This document shows positions 13,533 through 26,160 of a stretch of 64,000 nucleotides of DNA, one piece after another. The translations under genes and the position numbers were made by a program. How positions within the stretch are numbered: the first letter of the stretch is position 1; each line of letters starts with the position of its first letter. Origin of the DNA: Octopus sinensis (lineage: Eukaryota); the NCBI RefSeq assembly GCF_006345805.1, contig NC_043010.1, positions 55,366,001 through 55,430,000 of the forward strand, in the 5' to 3' direction. Under the pieces are notes generated by a model. It made no database searches and was not told where the DNA came from. It saw only the letters and a list, made by a program, of their open reading frames with translations.

Positions 13533-13769
13533 CTTCCTAGTTCGATTACAACATTTTAGCTGTTTGAGCAGCTGAATTACCTGATCGTAAATGAAGGTGT
13601 AAATGGCTGAGAATTCGATAAACACGTGTGGTCTTCACGTGATTCTCCGGTTAAACTAGCACACCACTGTGTGTGTAGAAACGCCATGTGTTTTTACTCA
13701 CAAGTGAAAAGTACTCGGCCAATTGTCCTCGTAATTTAAAAGCACAATCCTTCAACAATAGGTAGATGG

Positions 13770-13925
13770 AATCTTCTACAAATTTTCCGTTCACTCAATT
13801 TCGCTCAATACGCAATGACCCCAGTGTTATAGAAAACGACATTTTCTGAAGATGTCACGGAGTAGTTCGAACTCGGAACCATTATTTTGCAAAGCGAACT
13901 TCTTAAATGGTCGGTCATGTTACAT
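13770..13925 (-). mobile_element. Old diverged CORE-type SINE (family A)
   Basis: TATAGAAAACGACATTTTCTGAAGATGTCACGGAGTAGTTCGAACTCGGAACCA aligns to the family A core and head. Confidence 0.55.
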
Positions 13926-14074
13926 CTTCATGGAAATGTTATTTAAGCACTTAAATGAAATATAATGTCAAAGCTTTATGAGTGCTCCTGAAGTTAACCA
14001 GAAATATGTCTACAGTGCGCAAGTAAGCAATAATTGATACTTGGCATTTCAAAGATTCACTTCAGAGTAACTGG

Positions 14075-14170
14075 GGTTGGCAGAATGCTGTTGTTTATTC
14101 CGAGTCTTAAAGCTCTGAGTTCAAATCCCGCAGAATCAAAATTTTCTCTTTTATCCTTGCGAGAGTGATA
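14075..14170 (+). mobile_element. Diverged family B SINE fragment
   Basis: TGGCAGAAT..CTCTGAGTTCAAATCCCGCAGAATC..TTTATCCTT. Confidence 0.5.
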
Positions 14171-15179
14171 GGATAAATTATGGTATGGATATTCTGAAAT
14201 TTAACTAAAAATGCAAGCGAAAACATTTAAGAATATTTTGAAGGTAGTGACATATCAAACGGATTTAGTTGGCCAAAAATCAAAATTGAAACAATCTCCT
14301 TATGTAAAAAATTAACATGAATGTAACTCTGGAAAAGAAGGTAAATAGAGTAGACCCGCTTGCTTCTGATGCCTAATGAACTTACATGGATTAATCTGTG
14401 AATGTTTTATTTGCAGTTGAAGAAATAGCCAAATTTTTGGCTGCTATTTCTGAAAAGTTCGGTGTGTGGTAAAGTGAATTCTTTTACTTTACCATATTTT
14501 TATAAATTAATACTTCAAATATACCGTAAATGGTCTTTACATACCGAATACTGCTTGGTCGAATTTATTAACAATTAATTAATTCGACCCCCTTTTTTGA
14601 TAACAATGTGAATGTTTAGGTAGTTTCACGAGTCTTTAAAATAGCTTTTAAGTCTGCATCAAACATACATTCTTCGTTTTCAGAGGATCGGCACACACAT
14701 ACTTACGATAATGGAGTTTAAGGAACGGTTGAAAACTGGAATAGATCAGCTCAGTTAAATATAATACAACAATAAACACAATCCTACAAGGAAATATACG
14801 TAGTTGCTGTATCTGCTTAGAAATGGCAGCCAAATCTCCCTCGAAATACGTATCTTAATTTAAAGTAGAACTGCATATTATAATGATTGATAGATGCTTC
14901 TGTTGGTTTCGAAGTGTGAGCGCTCAGATTAGTTTCAAAATAATTTCAACTGAAAAACAAAAACAATTTCCCACCTCAGTGGCTGAATATACAAGAGATG
15001 CAGGAACTGTTGACATGATTCTCAAAGACACTCAGAGTAATGTATTGTGAATTCGTCGAACGTTGTATTGACAAGGTAGAGCCCGATCACTGAATGCAAT
15101 ATCATTCAAAGGCCTTGGGTCGAGCGGACCCTTGCTCGTGATACCAGAGTAGAATCGAGTCCGCCACCTCATGGTTGAA

Positions 15180-15407
15180 AGGCGGCGAGCTGGCAGAAAT
15201 GTTAGCAGGCGAAATGTGTAGCCGTATTTCGTCTGCCGTTACGTTCTGAGTTCAATTTCCGCCAAGGTCGACTTTGCCTTTCATCCTTTCGGGGTCGATT
15301 AAATAAGTACCCAGTTACGCACTGGGGTCGATATAATCGACTTAATCCGTTTGTCTGTCCTTGTTTGTCCTCTCTGTGTTTAGCCCCTTGTGGGTAGTAA
15401 AGAAATA
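15180..15407 (+). mobile_element. SINE family B, full length
   Basis: GGCGGCGAGCTGGCAGAA...GGGTAGTAAAGAAATA. Short GGTTGA duplication in the flanks. Confidence 0.92.
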
Positions 15408-16248
15408 GGTTGAGAAGCGAAATTCTGTAAATATAGCCCTATGAAAAATACAGACTTGTCTTAGCTGGAATCTCTTTGATCATATGTCTGTTCAACCATG
15501 ATCGATCTAGGGCTAACCAACACCATCAGCAACATGATCCACTTTATACACAAGTATATACTTGAAACGTGATACACTGTCATAGGCTGCACTACATGAA
15601 AATGAAGATTCCCATTATTCTCTCTCTAATTCATTATGAATATAAACGTTACTGTAGCCCGATTCAGTTGATAGTTAACATATCTAAGGAACTTTCATAT
15701 AATATATCTAAGGAACTTTCATCTCTGAGATTTGTATTCAGCCAAAACGGACAATTGATTAATCAATTGAAGTTAGATATAAACACATAATTAAGGTAAG
15801 GAAAATTGTCAATTCCCTTTAATCATTCCCAATGCAGTTTCAAACCTCTATACGCCTAACGAAATTAACAGTGTTCTATAAATGTCTGTTATACCTTCAC
15901 GGATACTGAAACGTCGAAGATTGTGGCTATTATGTGTCACGATTTGTAGAAGCAATGAACTGGCAGAATCTTTAACACCTCTGAGAAAATACCACGTGAT
16001 ACTTAGTTGCCATTATTTGCATTCTTATTTCGAATCTAATGGGGTCATCTTTTAATTTCATGATTTCGGGACAGATAAATTACGTAACAAGGCATGATGT
16101 GGGATCGATATTATCAAATATTCTATGTTCCATATATGAAAACCTGTAGTTATGTCAGAACTCAAAGCGTTTCACAGTATTTAAAGCAGATATATTAAAA
16201 GAGACCTTTGGTGCTTCCAGTATCTAGATATATCTCTTTACTTTCCAA

Positions 16249-16479
16249 AGGCGGCGAGCTGGTACAAATGTTAGCGTGCCGGGCGAAATGCTTGTTCGTA
16301 TTATGTCTGCCGTTACGTTCTGAGTTCAAATTCCGCCGAGTTCGACTTTGTCTTTCATTCTTTCGGGGTCGATAAACCAAGTACCAGTTTCACACTGGGA
16401 TTGATGTAATCGACTTAACTACTATGTCTGTCCTTGTTTGTCCCCATTATGTTTAGCCCTTTGTGGGCAGTAAAGAAAT
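16249..16479 (+). mobile_element. SINE family B with 21-bp TSD
   Basis: TSD ATATATCTCTTTAC(T/A)TTCCAA at 16228-16248 and 16480-16500, one mismatch. Confidence 0.92.
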
Positions 16480-17099
16480 ATATATCTCTTTACATTCCAA
16501 GTTGAAAGGCTGCAAGAATCAACTTAAACAACCATACCTTGACGATCGATAAAATAAGTAGTATTATATTATCAAGTTCAATACTATCGATTATACAGTT
16601 GTTCCAGATATTGTGCATATATATTAGAAATCGATACTTACAATTTCGGAACGGTAATTTTAAATACTGCTAATTTCTGCATTAGTTTTAATCCTTCATT
16701 CTTCTGTAAAATAAGTATGAGTGATCGACTGCGGTTGACCTAATCGACAACACCCCAGCATTAAAAATAATAGGTGGTTCTGATTCACAGTGTCAAATCG
16801 ATACGATGGAAAGCAATTGGCGGTCGATTTTCAGGAAATTTTACGTTCGTACCAAATCAAAATAAAATACAAATTCGGTTTCTGTTTTAATATAAATTAG
16901 TTAGGGGCTACATAAGGGAGCTAAAGGAGTTTGCATGATATTTCCATCTGTAACTAGTGAAAATCTTTCCTCCAGTTATTAGCTTGATCGGGTGAATGAC
17001 TGTAGAAATCAAAAACACTCGAGGACCTTAACCAAGGTACCTAAAGACGATATGGTGTTCTTGAGAATATTTCACAATATGTACCATATTGTAGGACGG

Positions 17100-17625
17100 C
17101 CTGTTGGCAGAATTGTTAGCACGCTGGGCAAAATACATAGCGGTATTTCGTTTGGGTTTACGTTCGGAGTTCAAATTCCGCCTATGGCGACTTTGCCTTT
17201 CATCAATTTCGGCGTCGATAAAATTAGTAATAGTTGAGTCCTAGGTTCGATGTGTGGAGGCGCAGTGGCCCAGTGTTTAGGGCAGCGGAATAGCGGTTTC
17301 GACTCCTAGACCGGGCGTTGTGTGTGCTTATTGATCGGAAACACCTAAAACTCCACGAGCCTCAGGCAGGGGTGGTGGCGACCCCTGTTTACTCTTTCGC
17401 CCGAACTTTCTCTCACTCTCTCTTCCTGTTTCCTGAGTAACGCTGCGATGGACTGGCGTCCCGTCCAGCTGGGGGAAACACATACGCCACAGAAACCTGG
17501 AAACCGTACCCATGAGCCTGGCTAGGCTTGGAAAGGGCGCATAAATAAATAGGATCAATGTAATCGACTTTTACCCCTCCCTCGAACTTGCTGGCCCTAT
17601 GCCAAACTTTGAAACCAGTATGTGT
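17100..17625 (+). mobile_element. Diverged family B SINE interrupted by a nested SINE
   Basis: Family B sequence stops at 17253 and resumes at 17551. Confidence 0.75.
17254..17550 (+). mobile_element. tRNA-derived SINE (family C head) with Meta/V-domain-like 3' part, nested insertion
   Basis: Head GTGGAGGCGCAGTGGCCCAGT..TTTCGACTCC. CTGCGATGGACTGGCGTCCCGTCCAG..AGAAACC resembles the Meta/V central domain. TSD AGGTTCGATGT (17243-17253) versus AGGATCAATGT (17551-17561). Confidence 0.85.
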
Positions 17626-18157
17626 AACACTGATTGTTTTTGAGGTGTCAAAAGTATAGAAAAGTTTAATTGTTGCCTACCTGAAACATAAACTGCTTGT
17701 ACATAAGCGACAATATTGTATGTGATTTAATGCATAAAGGCAGTGATATATTTTAATCAACACTCAAAATATCAAACAGATTCGCTATATTGAAAAGAAA
17801 ACGTTGAAAGCATTCAACAAAATATGTTGCCGTTGGGTAATATTTTTGCGTCAACAACTCCAGACAGCAGCCTGATTTAATCTTTGCTTCTTGGTCTGTA
17901 TTCTTGGATATAAAAACAATTTGCGACAAGATTAGCATCATGATCTGCTGATACTCTAACAACAGAATTATCATAAAGAAAATCATATTCAATTAATGAA
18001 TTTTCAACTCACTAAAAAACAAAAACAGGTCTGGGGTGGGTGTTACACATATATAGTACGAATATGACACTTGTGCTCTTTTCTAAGTGCCAGTGTAGAG
18101 TCATAAGGGTATATCACACACACGCTTATGTACATATGTACAGCTGTGTATATATAC

Positions 18158-18215
<58 letters not shown>

Positions 18216-18245
18216 ATGTGTGTGTGTGTTGTGTGTGTGTGTGCA

Positions 18246-18427
18246 GGTACATGGATCACTGGTTAGAGCGTCGAGCTTATGTTCATGAGCTTGTGAGTTC
18301 GATTCCCGGACCGGGCAGCGTGTTATGTTCTTGAGCAAGACACTTTATTTCACGTTGCGTAGGTCACTCAGCTGTAAAAATGAGTTGCGACGTCACTGGT
18401 GCCAAGCTGTATCGCCCTTTACCTTTC
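18246..18427 (+). mobile_element. tRNA-derived CORE-type SINE (family D), 5' part
   Basis: TGGTTAGAGCGTCG..GAGTTCGATTCCCGGACCGGG followed by TTCTTGAGCAAGACACTT. Confidence 0.85.
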
Positions 18428-18624
18428 ATGTTAATGATTTTTCTCAGGTAGTTAGCATGTTAATACGTTAATAAGTAATGTATACATTAAATTAATACAG
18501 ATTTCTATTTGTATTTATATTTCTCGTGTATTGTGTTGACGAAGGAAAAAAGCCTATTTTTATGGCTTTAATCAAGAAATTGGATCCAATTAACGTTAAG
18601 GCTTTTTAAAATTTCTTCACTCAC

Positions 18625-18723
18625 CCCAAATGCATGGATGGTGATTGTAAAACCGGAAGACTGCATACACAGGTGAACGACGAGTGGTTTGGCCAAGCGT
18701 ATAAGTAGACATTGGAGGGAGTA
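18625..18723 (-). other. Candidate 99-nt internal exon in a unique GC-balanced island (about 18580-18930)
   Basis: Acceptor TTTGTCTTTAATCCAG|, donor GGG|GTGAGT. All three frames are open; phase 1 reads LPPMSTYTLGQTTRRSPVYAVFRFYNHHPCIW. No homology recognised. Confidence 0.25.
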
Positions 18724-18929
18724 CTGGATTAAAGACAAACCTCGGTACCGTACCAGCATGCCAAAGAATAACCTGGTGGTATACTGAACCGGAGTAGCTT
18801 AGAAATCATGTCTGGACACCCGGACGACGTATCGCTACGACAGATATGAGACTCAGTCTTGATAAACGAAACACGAATGGTTTTGAATATGAAGTACTAT
18901 CATTAGGCAAAGGCCTTAAAAGGACCCGT

Positions 18930-19290
18930 GGATGCACACACACATACATACATAAGCACACACACGAACAGCCACACACACACGCAAGCATATGCACATA
19001 TACAAAGACGAACAAGGACACATCACGCCCAAACGGACACACATATATACACGTATACACACGCACGGTAACATACATACTTAAGTACATACGTACACAC
19101 AGGAAATCACACACATATGAATGCACGGACATACACACAAACATACACACACGGGCACGAACACACGCATAGAAAGACACACTGAGACACAGACAGACAC
19201 TCACACGCATACGTACACGCAAACAGGCAGACACGCTCGTATACACAGGCCCTCCCATACACACATGGACGCATGCACGCATAGGCATGC
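18930..19290. repeat. Degenerate (CA)n-rich low-complexity tract
   Basis: Read directly from the sequence. Confidence 0.9.
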
Positions 19291-19495
19291 TCATGCTTAC
19301 GCAGAGATTGATATGAATTTATTCGGCGGTTTAACTGTCTTTGAGAGAAACCTTATACAGATGAACGTCTGCGTTTGCGAAGAAAATAGAGAGAAGCACA
19401 ATCGCTCTCTTATGTATATTAAAAACGACGTAGCCAGTTTTCAAAATACACACACACACAAATACACATATTATGTGTGTGGGTATATACACATA

Positions 19496-19793
19496 TCATG
19501 TGATCACGTGACCGACCAGACCATCAGATGCTGCTACACATCGCTGGTCACAATGCGTTCGCATTGTTTTTAGCCTTCGAATGACGCCATCTCGCTGGCA
19601 AAGTGAGCAGGCCAAAAGAAGAAAGAGTGTGAGAAAGGGTGATGAAAGAGTACAGCAGGGATCACCACCCCCTGCCAGAGCTTTGTGGAGCTTTTTAGGT
19701 GTTTTCGCTTAATAAACACACACAACGCCCGGTCTGGGAATCGAAAGCGTGATCCTACAACCGCGAGTCCGCTGCCTTAACCACTGGGCCATT
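19496..19793 (-). mobile_element. SINE family C (tRNA-like head, tail ending TCACGTGATCAC)
   Basis: Reverse complement of the copies at 21772 and 43829. Confidence 0.88.
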
Positions 19794-20319
19794 GTATATA
19801 TAAGTATATACATATTTGTAGATATATATACATATATATTTCGGTTTTTGGATTTGGTTTGCAAGATTCTTTATGTGAGTTCGTGTGTTGAAGCATACTC
19901 TGTTGTGCGTGGGGAGAGTCATTTTCTTTCTGTGCCTTATAATATAACACACTCACCGGTAAAAATTCCACTTATTTCTTATTTTTATTTTCGTAAAATT
20001 TCACTGCGTCTTGCAACCTTTTCAATAGTTTTGACTCTCAAAACTATTTTCCGACAATATTCCACAGTGATTTTTAGGCATCATAAAATGTAATTTGTGT
20101 CAGGCTGATTGCTGAAAGTGTATGTATGTTATACATATACGCAACGTTTGCTTCAACGTGAGCACTGACCTTCTTAGCATGCGGATACGATGGTAAAGAT
20201 GATGTTTGTGAGCTCTTATCTCTGTAGCGGAAAGTGCGCAAACTCAAACTCACATATGTATATTATATTTATACATAAGTATAAATTTGTGTATATGTAG
20301 ATATACATGTATATATGCG

Positions 20320-20355
<36 letters not shown>

Positions 20356-20879
20356 CATATATATGTGTGTGTGTTTGTGTATGCATGTATTTATATCTGT
20401 GTACATAAGTGCATACATACATACGGAAAGGGAAAGAGTCACAGAGTGTTCCAGATGATAAGAAATGCAGTCAAACAGAATGTCAGACGGATTTGTAAGC
20501 ACGCCATACATCATAAATCGTAACCAGAAGTACACCGTAACGAAACCGTTCCATATATAGCAAATAAGCGATGAGATTATTCAGAGCTGTGGCATTTGCA
20601 CATAACATAAACACTGAACCTATAAATACAACCTCTTTAGTACATCTCTTACATTGCATATTCATATCTGTGCATTCATACACACACACACACACTCACA
20701 CACACGTGTATATATATATGTAATGGACTCTCCCATCGCAAACGTCGTATGAATGCTCAGCATATGCCGATAAACCGGCATAAATGATTTGTTTATAGTG
20801 ATCAAATGAATGCGTGATATATTAGCTCGTTTCTTCCATCAAATCAATGTTGTCCGAACAGGTGCCCTCTGTACCACAT

Positions 20880-20934
20880 ATCATATATATACATATATAT
20901 GTCTTATATATATATATACATATATATGTCTTAT

Positions 20935-20966
<32 letters not shown>

Positions 20967-20984
20967 CATATATATGTCTTATAT

Positions 20985-21015
<31 letters not shown>

Positions 21016-21049
21016 TTCTTATATATATATATAAATATATATGTGTCTT

Positions 21050-21082
<33 letters not shown>

Positions 21083-21090
21083 GTGTGTCT

Positions 21091-21124
<34 letters not shown>

Positions 21125-21125
21125 G
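20880..21125. repeat. (TA)n array punctuated by recurring GTCTT (minisatellite-like)
   Basis: ATATATGTCTTATATATAT recurs about five times, with one TTTCTT variant. Confidence 0.85.
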
Positions 21126-21179
21126 TATGTGTGTGTGTGGTTATACATATCCTTTTCTAATGGACAGGGGCTGTCCATT

Positions 21180-21312
21180 AGATCGAACACAGTTCGCAAC
21201 TGGTACTTAATTTATCGACCCCAAAAGGATGAAAGATAAAGTCGACCTCGGCGGAATTTGAGCTCAGAACATACAGACAGACGGCGTGCAAATGATTCTG
21301 CCAGCGCGCTGC
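21180..21312 (-). mobile_element. Family B SINE, 5' and central part
   Basis: AACTGGTACTTAATTTATCGACCCCAAAAGGATGAAAG..GTCGACCTCGGCGGAATTTGA. Confidence 0.85.
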
Positions 21313-21771
21313 ATTCATCGTATATATAGTATATATCGTGTAAACATGTAAATCTTAACATGTAAATCTCGGGAAAGTGTATGTGTGTGTGTGTGTGTGT
21401 GTTTGTGAGTGCGTGTGTGTAAGTATATAGATATATCGTATATTGTGATGTAAATATATATATATGTATATACGTAAGTAAATAATTTACGATTACTTGA
21501 AGCATAACTCAATATTCCTCAGTAGCTCTTCGGATATTTTGCAAGTAATAAACATAAACGGAAACATAAAATATTGATGGTGAAACGAGTCCGGAAATAG
21601 CCGAACAATTGACCGACCTTAACTGATGAGAGAACGGAAATTGCTGAGACTGAAGCGTCAGTACTAAGAATTCTCGATGGCCACTATTAGAACTGTTACG
21701 ACCCCTGCTTGTGTTTATATATATATATAAATATATTATTACGTAAAACCATGGGAGGATTATATATATAT

Positions 21772-22074
21772 GTGGAGGCGCAGTGGTTAGGGCCAGTGGT
21801 TAGGGAAGAGGACTCGCGGTCGTAGGATCGCGTTTCGATTCCCAGATCGGGCGTTGTGAGTGTTTATTGAGCGAAAACACCTAAAAGCTCCACGAAGCTC
21901 CAGCAGGGGGTGGTGATCCCTGCTGTACTCTTTCACCACTCTTTCTCCCACTCTTTCTTCTGTTGGCCTGCCCGCTTAGCCAGCGGGGTGGCGTCATTCG
22001 AAGGCTAAAACAATGTGAACGCATTGTGACCAGCGATATGTAACTACATCTGATGGACTGGTCGGTCACTTGAT

Positions 22075-22082
<8 letters not shown>
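21772..22082 (+). mobile_element. SINE family C, full length
   Basis: GTGGAGGCGCAGTGG..TTTCGATTCCCAGA..GGCCTGCCCGCTTAGCCAGCGGGG..TCACTTGATCACGTGA. Confidence 0.9.
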
Positions 22083-22105
<23 letters not shown>

Positions 22106-22270
22106 GGCGCAGGGGTGGCTGTGTGGTAAGTATCTTGCTAACCAACCACATGGTTCCGGGTTCAGTCCCACTGCGTGGTATCTTGGGCAAGTGTGTTCTG
22201 CTATAGCCCCGGGCCGACCAATGCCTTGTGAGTAGATTTGGTAGACGGAGACTGAAAGAAGCCTGTCGTA
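22106..22270 (+). mobile_element. CORE-type SINE family A, 5' half
   Basis: GGCGCAGGGGTGGCTGTGTGGTAAG..TTGGGCAAGTG..GAAAGAAGCCTGTCG. Confidence 0.88.
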
Positions 22271-22321
22271 TATATGTATATATATTTTTATATATAGACA
22301 CACAGTGTATATTCCCTTTAT

Positions 22322-22640
22322 CATTTCCAGGTTTCAGTCATTATATTGCGGTCATGTTGGTGCACCACTTTCATGGAATTTTAATCGAATGAATCGACTC
22401 CAGTATCTGGTTTTCGTTTCTTTTTCTGTGCTTGCTACTTATACTATTCTCTGTTTTGCCGAGCCGCTAAGTTATATGGATGTAAACACACCAACATCTG
22501 TCGTTAAGTGGTGATGGGGCACATAAACAGAACCCAGTGACACAAACACACACAGAGACTCATAAACCTTCTGTTTCCCTGCACCAAAACTATTCACTTA
22601 CCGAAGCTATAGTAGAAATCACTTGCTGAACGCAGTACAT
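22322..22640 (-). mobile_element. Diverged CORE-type SINE family A in opposite orientation
   Basis: GTTTCAGTCATTATATTGCGGTCATG..GCCGAGCCGCTAAG..GCTATAGTAGAAATCACTTGC. Confidence 0.75.
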
Positions 22641-22659
22641 TTGTGCTTATATTTGAAAC

Positions 22660-22690
<31 letters not shown>

Positions 22691-22735
22691 TGTATGTATG
22701 TATGTATGTATGTATGTATGTATGTATGTATGTAT
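22660..22735. repeat. (ATGT)n microsatellite
   Basis: Read directly from the sequence. Confidence 0.97.
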
Positions 22736-22783
22736 ATTTTGACGTATAAGACACGCACTGACGCAGACATGAATAATTATCCT

Positions 22784-23007
22784 GGCGGCCAGCTGGCAGA
22801 GACGGGCGAAATGCTTAGCCGTATTTCGTCTGTCGTTACGTTCCGAGTTCAAATTCCGCCGAGATCGACTTTGCCTTTCATCCTTTCGGGGTCGATATAT
22901 TTAAGCACCAGTTACCCACTGGGGTCGATATAATCGACTTAATCCCTTTGTCTGTCCTTGCTTGTCCCCTCTGTGTTTAGCCCCTTTTGGGTAGTAAAGA
23001 AATATAT
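22784..23007 (+). mobile_element. SINE family B with 13-bp TSD
   Basis: TSD ATAATTATCCTGG at 22773-22785 and 23008-23020. Confidence 0.92.
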
Positions 23008-23715
23008 ATAATTATCCTGGGATTAATTCGTCAGCGAAACATATTTGGAGCTTACTTAGAAAAGAGAAATACATCGCAGGGAACTGAAACTTTTATAAGC
23101 AACATGGCCAGCAAAATCTATTTCATTGCATTTTTTTATAATAAAATATATATTAAACTAATCAATTTACTCTGGAATTGAAAAGACGATTTGTGATCAT
23201 GGGCAAAGTTTCTTCGTGTCTATTTACGATATATTCATCTCAGAAACTAAAAGTAGGATATATTTTTTTAGATATTGCTTGGATATCCCTTTCATGCTAT
23301 GGTATGCGTAATGTCTAATGTATTGATGCTTTCATATGGTATAAAACATAATTTTCATTTAGAATATAAGAGTATCAAAATGAAGCATGTGTTGCATTCG
23401 CAAGCACCTGAGAACGTCTGAACATCGTAGTGTAATCTGTACAATGAACAAAATAAAGATTAGCGGTCTTATATACTCAATGCAATTTTGAAAGATGTCT
23501 ACATATCTTTTATGATCAAAGAGTTCGACATATAATCGATGAAACCATTATATATAGTTGTGTTTGTGTATGTGTGTGTGCGTTTGTGTGCGCATGCGAG
23601 AATTATATTTGTTTTACATGTTGCGTATGAATTGAAACAATTTAACAAGAAAATTGAATAAGGGCGCCATATGTTTTAGTTGATTACATGTCTATTAAAG
23701 TTCGAAATCACTTAC

Positions 23716-23762
23716 TTCTCATCGTATGTATATATTCGATGTTCGAAGACATCCCTGGGAAG
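23716..23762 (-). other. Candidate small exon (47 nt, or 39 nt from an alternative acceptor at 23754)
   Basis: Acceptor ATTGTTTGTATTCAG| (or CTTCCCAG|), donor GAA|GTAAGT. The 39-nt form continues ATG GAA G in frame as (MEG)MSSNIEYIHTMR. Confidence 0.25.
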
Positions 23763-24184
23763 CTGAATACAAACAATACGTATTTGTATTAATACAGCTA
23801 CTGTCACTAAGAATTAGGTTTAACGTTTAAATTCCGTTGATGTAGTCATTGACCTTCATCCTTTGATCAAGGTGGGTCCAATGTGATCAGATAGACCTTC
23901 TCCAAAAATTTCAGCTCTTGTACCTTTAACAGAGATGATTATTATAACTATAACACTCTTCCCTGAAATTAATAATATTTGGTATTAGTATTATTATTTT
24001 TATTTTTAATCTTAGTCATTTAAAATACGCTCCATGGAATTCTGACGGAATCATATAACAATCAGGTAGAATGCTTTTATTCATCACTTACGCAGGTTGC
24101 ACATAACCTGCACTCAGATTTATCCGTATTTATTGTCTTTCACTTCATCTCTTCCTCTCCCTTTTCTACAGCGTGTAAACGTGA

Positions 24185-24237
24185 AACATACATACATAAA
24201 TATATATATATACGTAGGCATATATATATACATATGC

Positions 24238-24268
<31 letters not shown>

Positions 24269-24322
24269 GCATATATATACATATGCATATATATATACAT
24301 ATTCATATATATACACATATAC

Positions 24323-24357
<35 letters not shown>

Positions 24358-24570
24358 CATATATATACATATATATATATATACATATACATATACATAA
24401 ATACACATATACATATGTACATATACATATATATATATACATATACATAGATATATACATATACATATATACACATATACATATATATATACATATACAA
24501 ATATATATATACATATACAAATATATATATGCATGTGTGTGTAAGTATATATATGTGTGTGTGTGTTTGT
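24185..24570. repeat. (TA)n/(TACA)n compound microsatellite
   Basis: Read directly from the sequence. Confidence 0.95.
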
Positions 24571-25251
24571 GTGTAGGCATAAATGCAAAGATGTATATTA
24601 TATGCACAAAACATATACGTAATGTACATTAATCTATTTTATCTTGTGCCCATTTAATGCAACGAGTAATGTTAATCTCCATTTCAGGTTTTATACATAA
24701 TCTTTGCTTTATGTGTGTGGTTGTGTGCACATGTATGCTGTCTATGCGTCTGAGAGATTTTGCGTACATGCGTGTGTACTTATAAGTACATGTAAGATCA
24801 AGGACTGTTATACTGTTCGGAAAATTTGCCTGCAATTGTAAACAACAAACGCACGTGTTCTGATGTGCATAGGTACATGCATGCATACACACTCATACAT
24901 ACATATATACATATATATATTTATTGCAAGCTATGGAATACAAATAAATATATATATAATAATATATAAATATAATTATAAATAAAATATAAATAACATA
25001 TAAATATAATAAAAATAAATATATATACAGATAGTTTTATATATATATATATATATATATTTATATACAGGTAGGTGGGAGCTGTGATTGTAAGTATGCA
25101 TATACATGCCCCTGTAAGCGTGTGTGTATACATGACATATATATCTATTGACCGAACTGCAAACAGCGTGTGATTATGCGCATTATATAACAATTCATCT
25201 ACGGAAAAAAAACTGCAAAAACGAATACGTATACGCACAGATAAACACAAA

Positions 25252-25329
<78 letters not shown>

Positions 25330-25515
25330 TACATATAAAGCGTTGTTATTCTCGCTAATCGGATCAGTGACGGGATCGCACATCTTTCAGTTGCTTGTGC
25401 GTTCCTCGCCTCGTTTTTTCTACTCCATCTTCCTCCCTCTCTATCGTATAATTATGAATACGTACTCGCGGCGCACGCAAACGGAGATAGATATCGGCAT
25501 TTACACGCCACTTAC

Positions 25516-25575
25516 CTTCCATTGTTGCAATCTCTGCTCTCGTTCTCGTTACTACATAATACGCTCGTTCCGCTC
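25516..25575 (-). other. Candidate first exon (ATG GAA G|GTAAGT) in a CpG-rich patch
   Basis: Minus strand reads GCAACAATGGAAG|GTAAGT: Kozak-like ATG at 25522-25520 and a perfect AAG|GTAAGT donor. The patch 25340-25575 has roughly 20 CpGs in an AT-rich background. Confidence 0.4.
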
Positions 25576-25615
25576 CATGCATATATATATACATATATAA
25601 TATATATATAGATAT

Positions 25616-25650
<35 letters not shown>

Positions 25651-25658
25651 CTATATAT

Positions 25659-25689
<31 letters not shown>

Positions 25690-25970
25690 ATATATCTATA
25701 TGTATATATCATATACATATATATATATATATGTTTTATATGTTATATTATATATGTATATAATATACATACATATATATATATATATACATATATATAT
25801 AATATATACATATATATATATATACATACATATATATATATATATTATATACATATATCGATATATATATATATAATACATATATATATGTATATATATA
25901 TATACATATATATGTATATATATGTATATATATTATACATAATATGTATATATATATATACCTGCATGTA
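25575..25970. repeat. (TA)n/(TG)n compound microsatellite
   Basis: Read directly from the sequence. Confidence 0.95.
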
Positions 25971-26084
25971 AGTAGCGTATAATCAAATGATTTTTCCCCT
26001 TTTTCGTGTTCTCACACTTATTTATCTCTCTCTCACACATACACACATACACATACTTCTCTGACACTCTCACTCTCTATTCCT

Positions 26085-26160
26085 TCTTCTCCTTCTTCTT
26101 CTTCTTCTTCTTCTTCTTCTTCTTCTTCTCTTCTTCTCTTCTCTCTATCTCTATCTCTGG
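26085..26160. repeat. (TTC)n / CT-rich tract
   Basis: Read directly from the sequence. Confidence 0.95.

Noticed and set aside
12907-13625. WMDG / HPSI repeat ORFs, superficially like Met-rich reflectin repeats
   Set aside because: Pure (GGAT)n/(GGAC)n translation. The reflectin motif M/FD(X)5MD(X)5MD and Tyr/Arg richness are absent.
21575-21640. GAAAC-GA-GUC followed by CUGAUGA (possible type II hammerhead)
   Set aside because: Stem I cannot form next to CUGAUGA and stem II has no complementary partner.
24090-24165. Minus-strand acceptor/GTAAGT donor pair
   Set aside because: All three frames contain stops, and GTAAGT is expected by chance every few kb in this composition.
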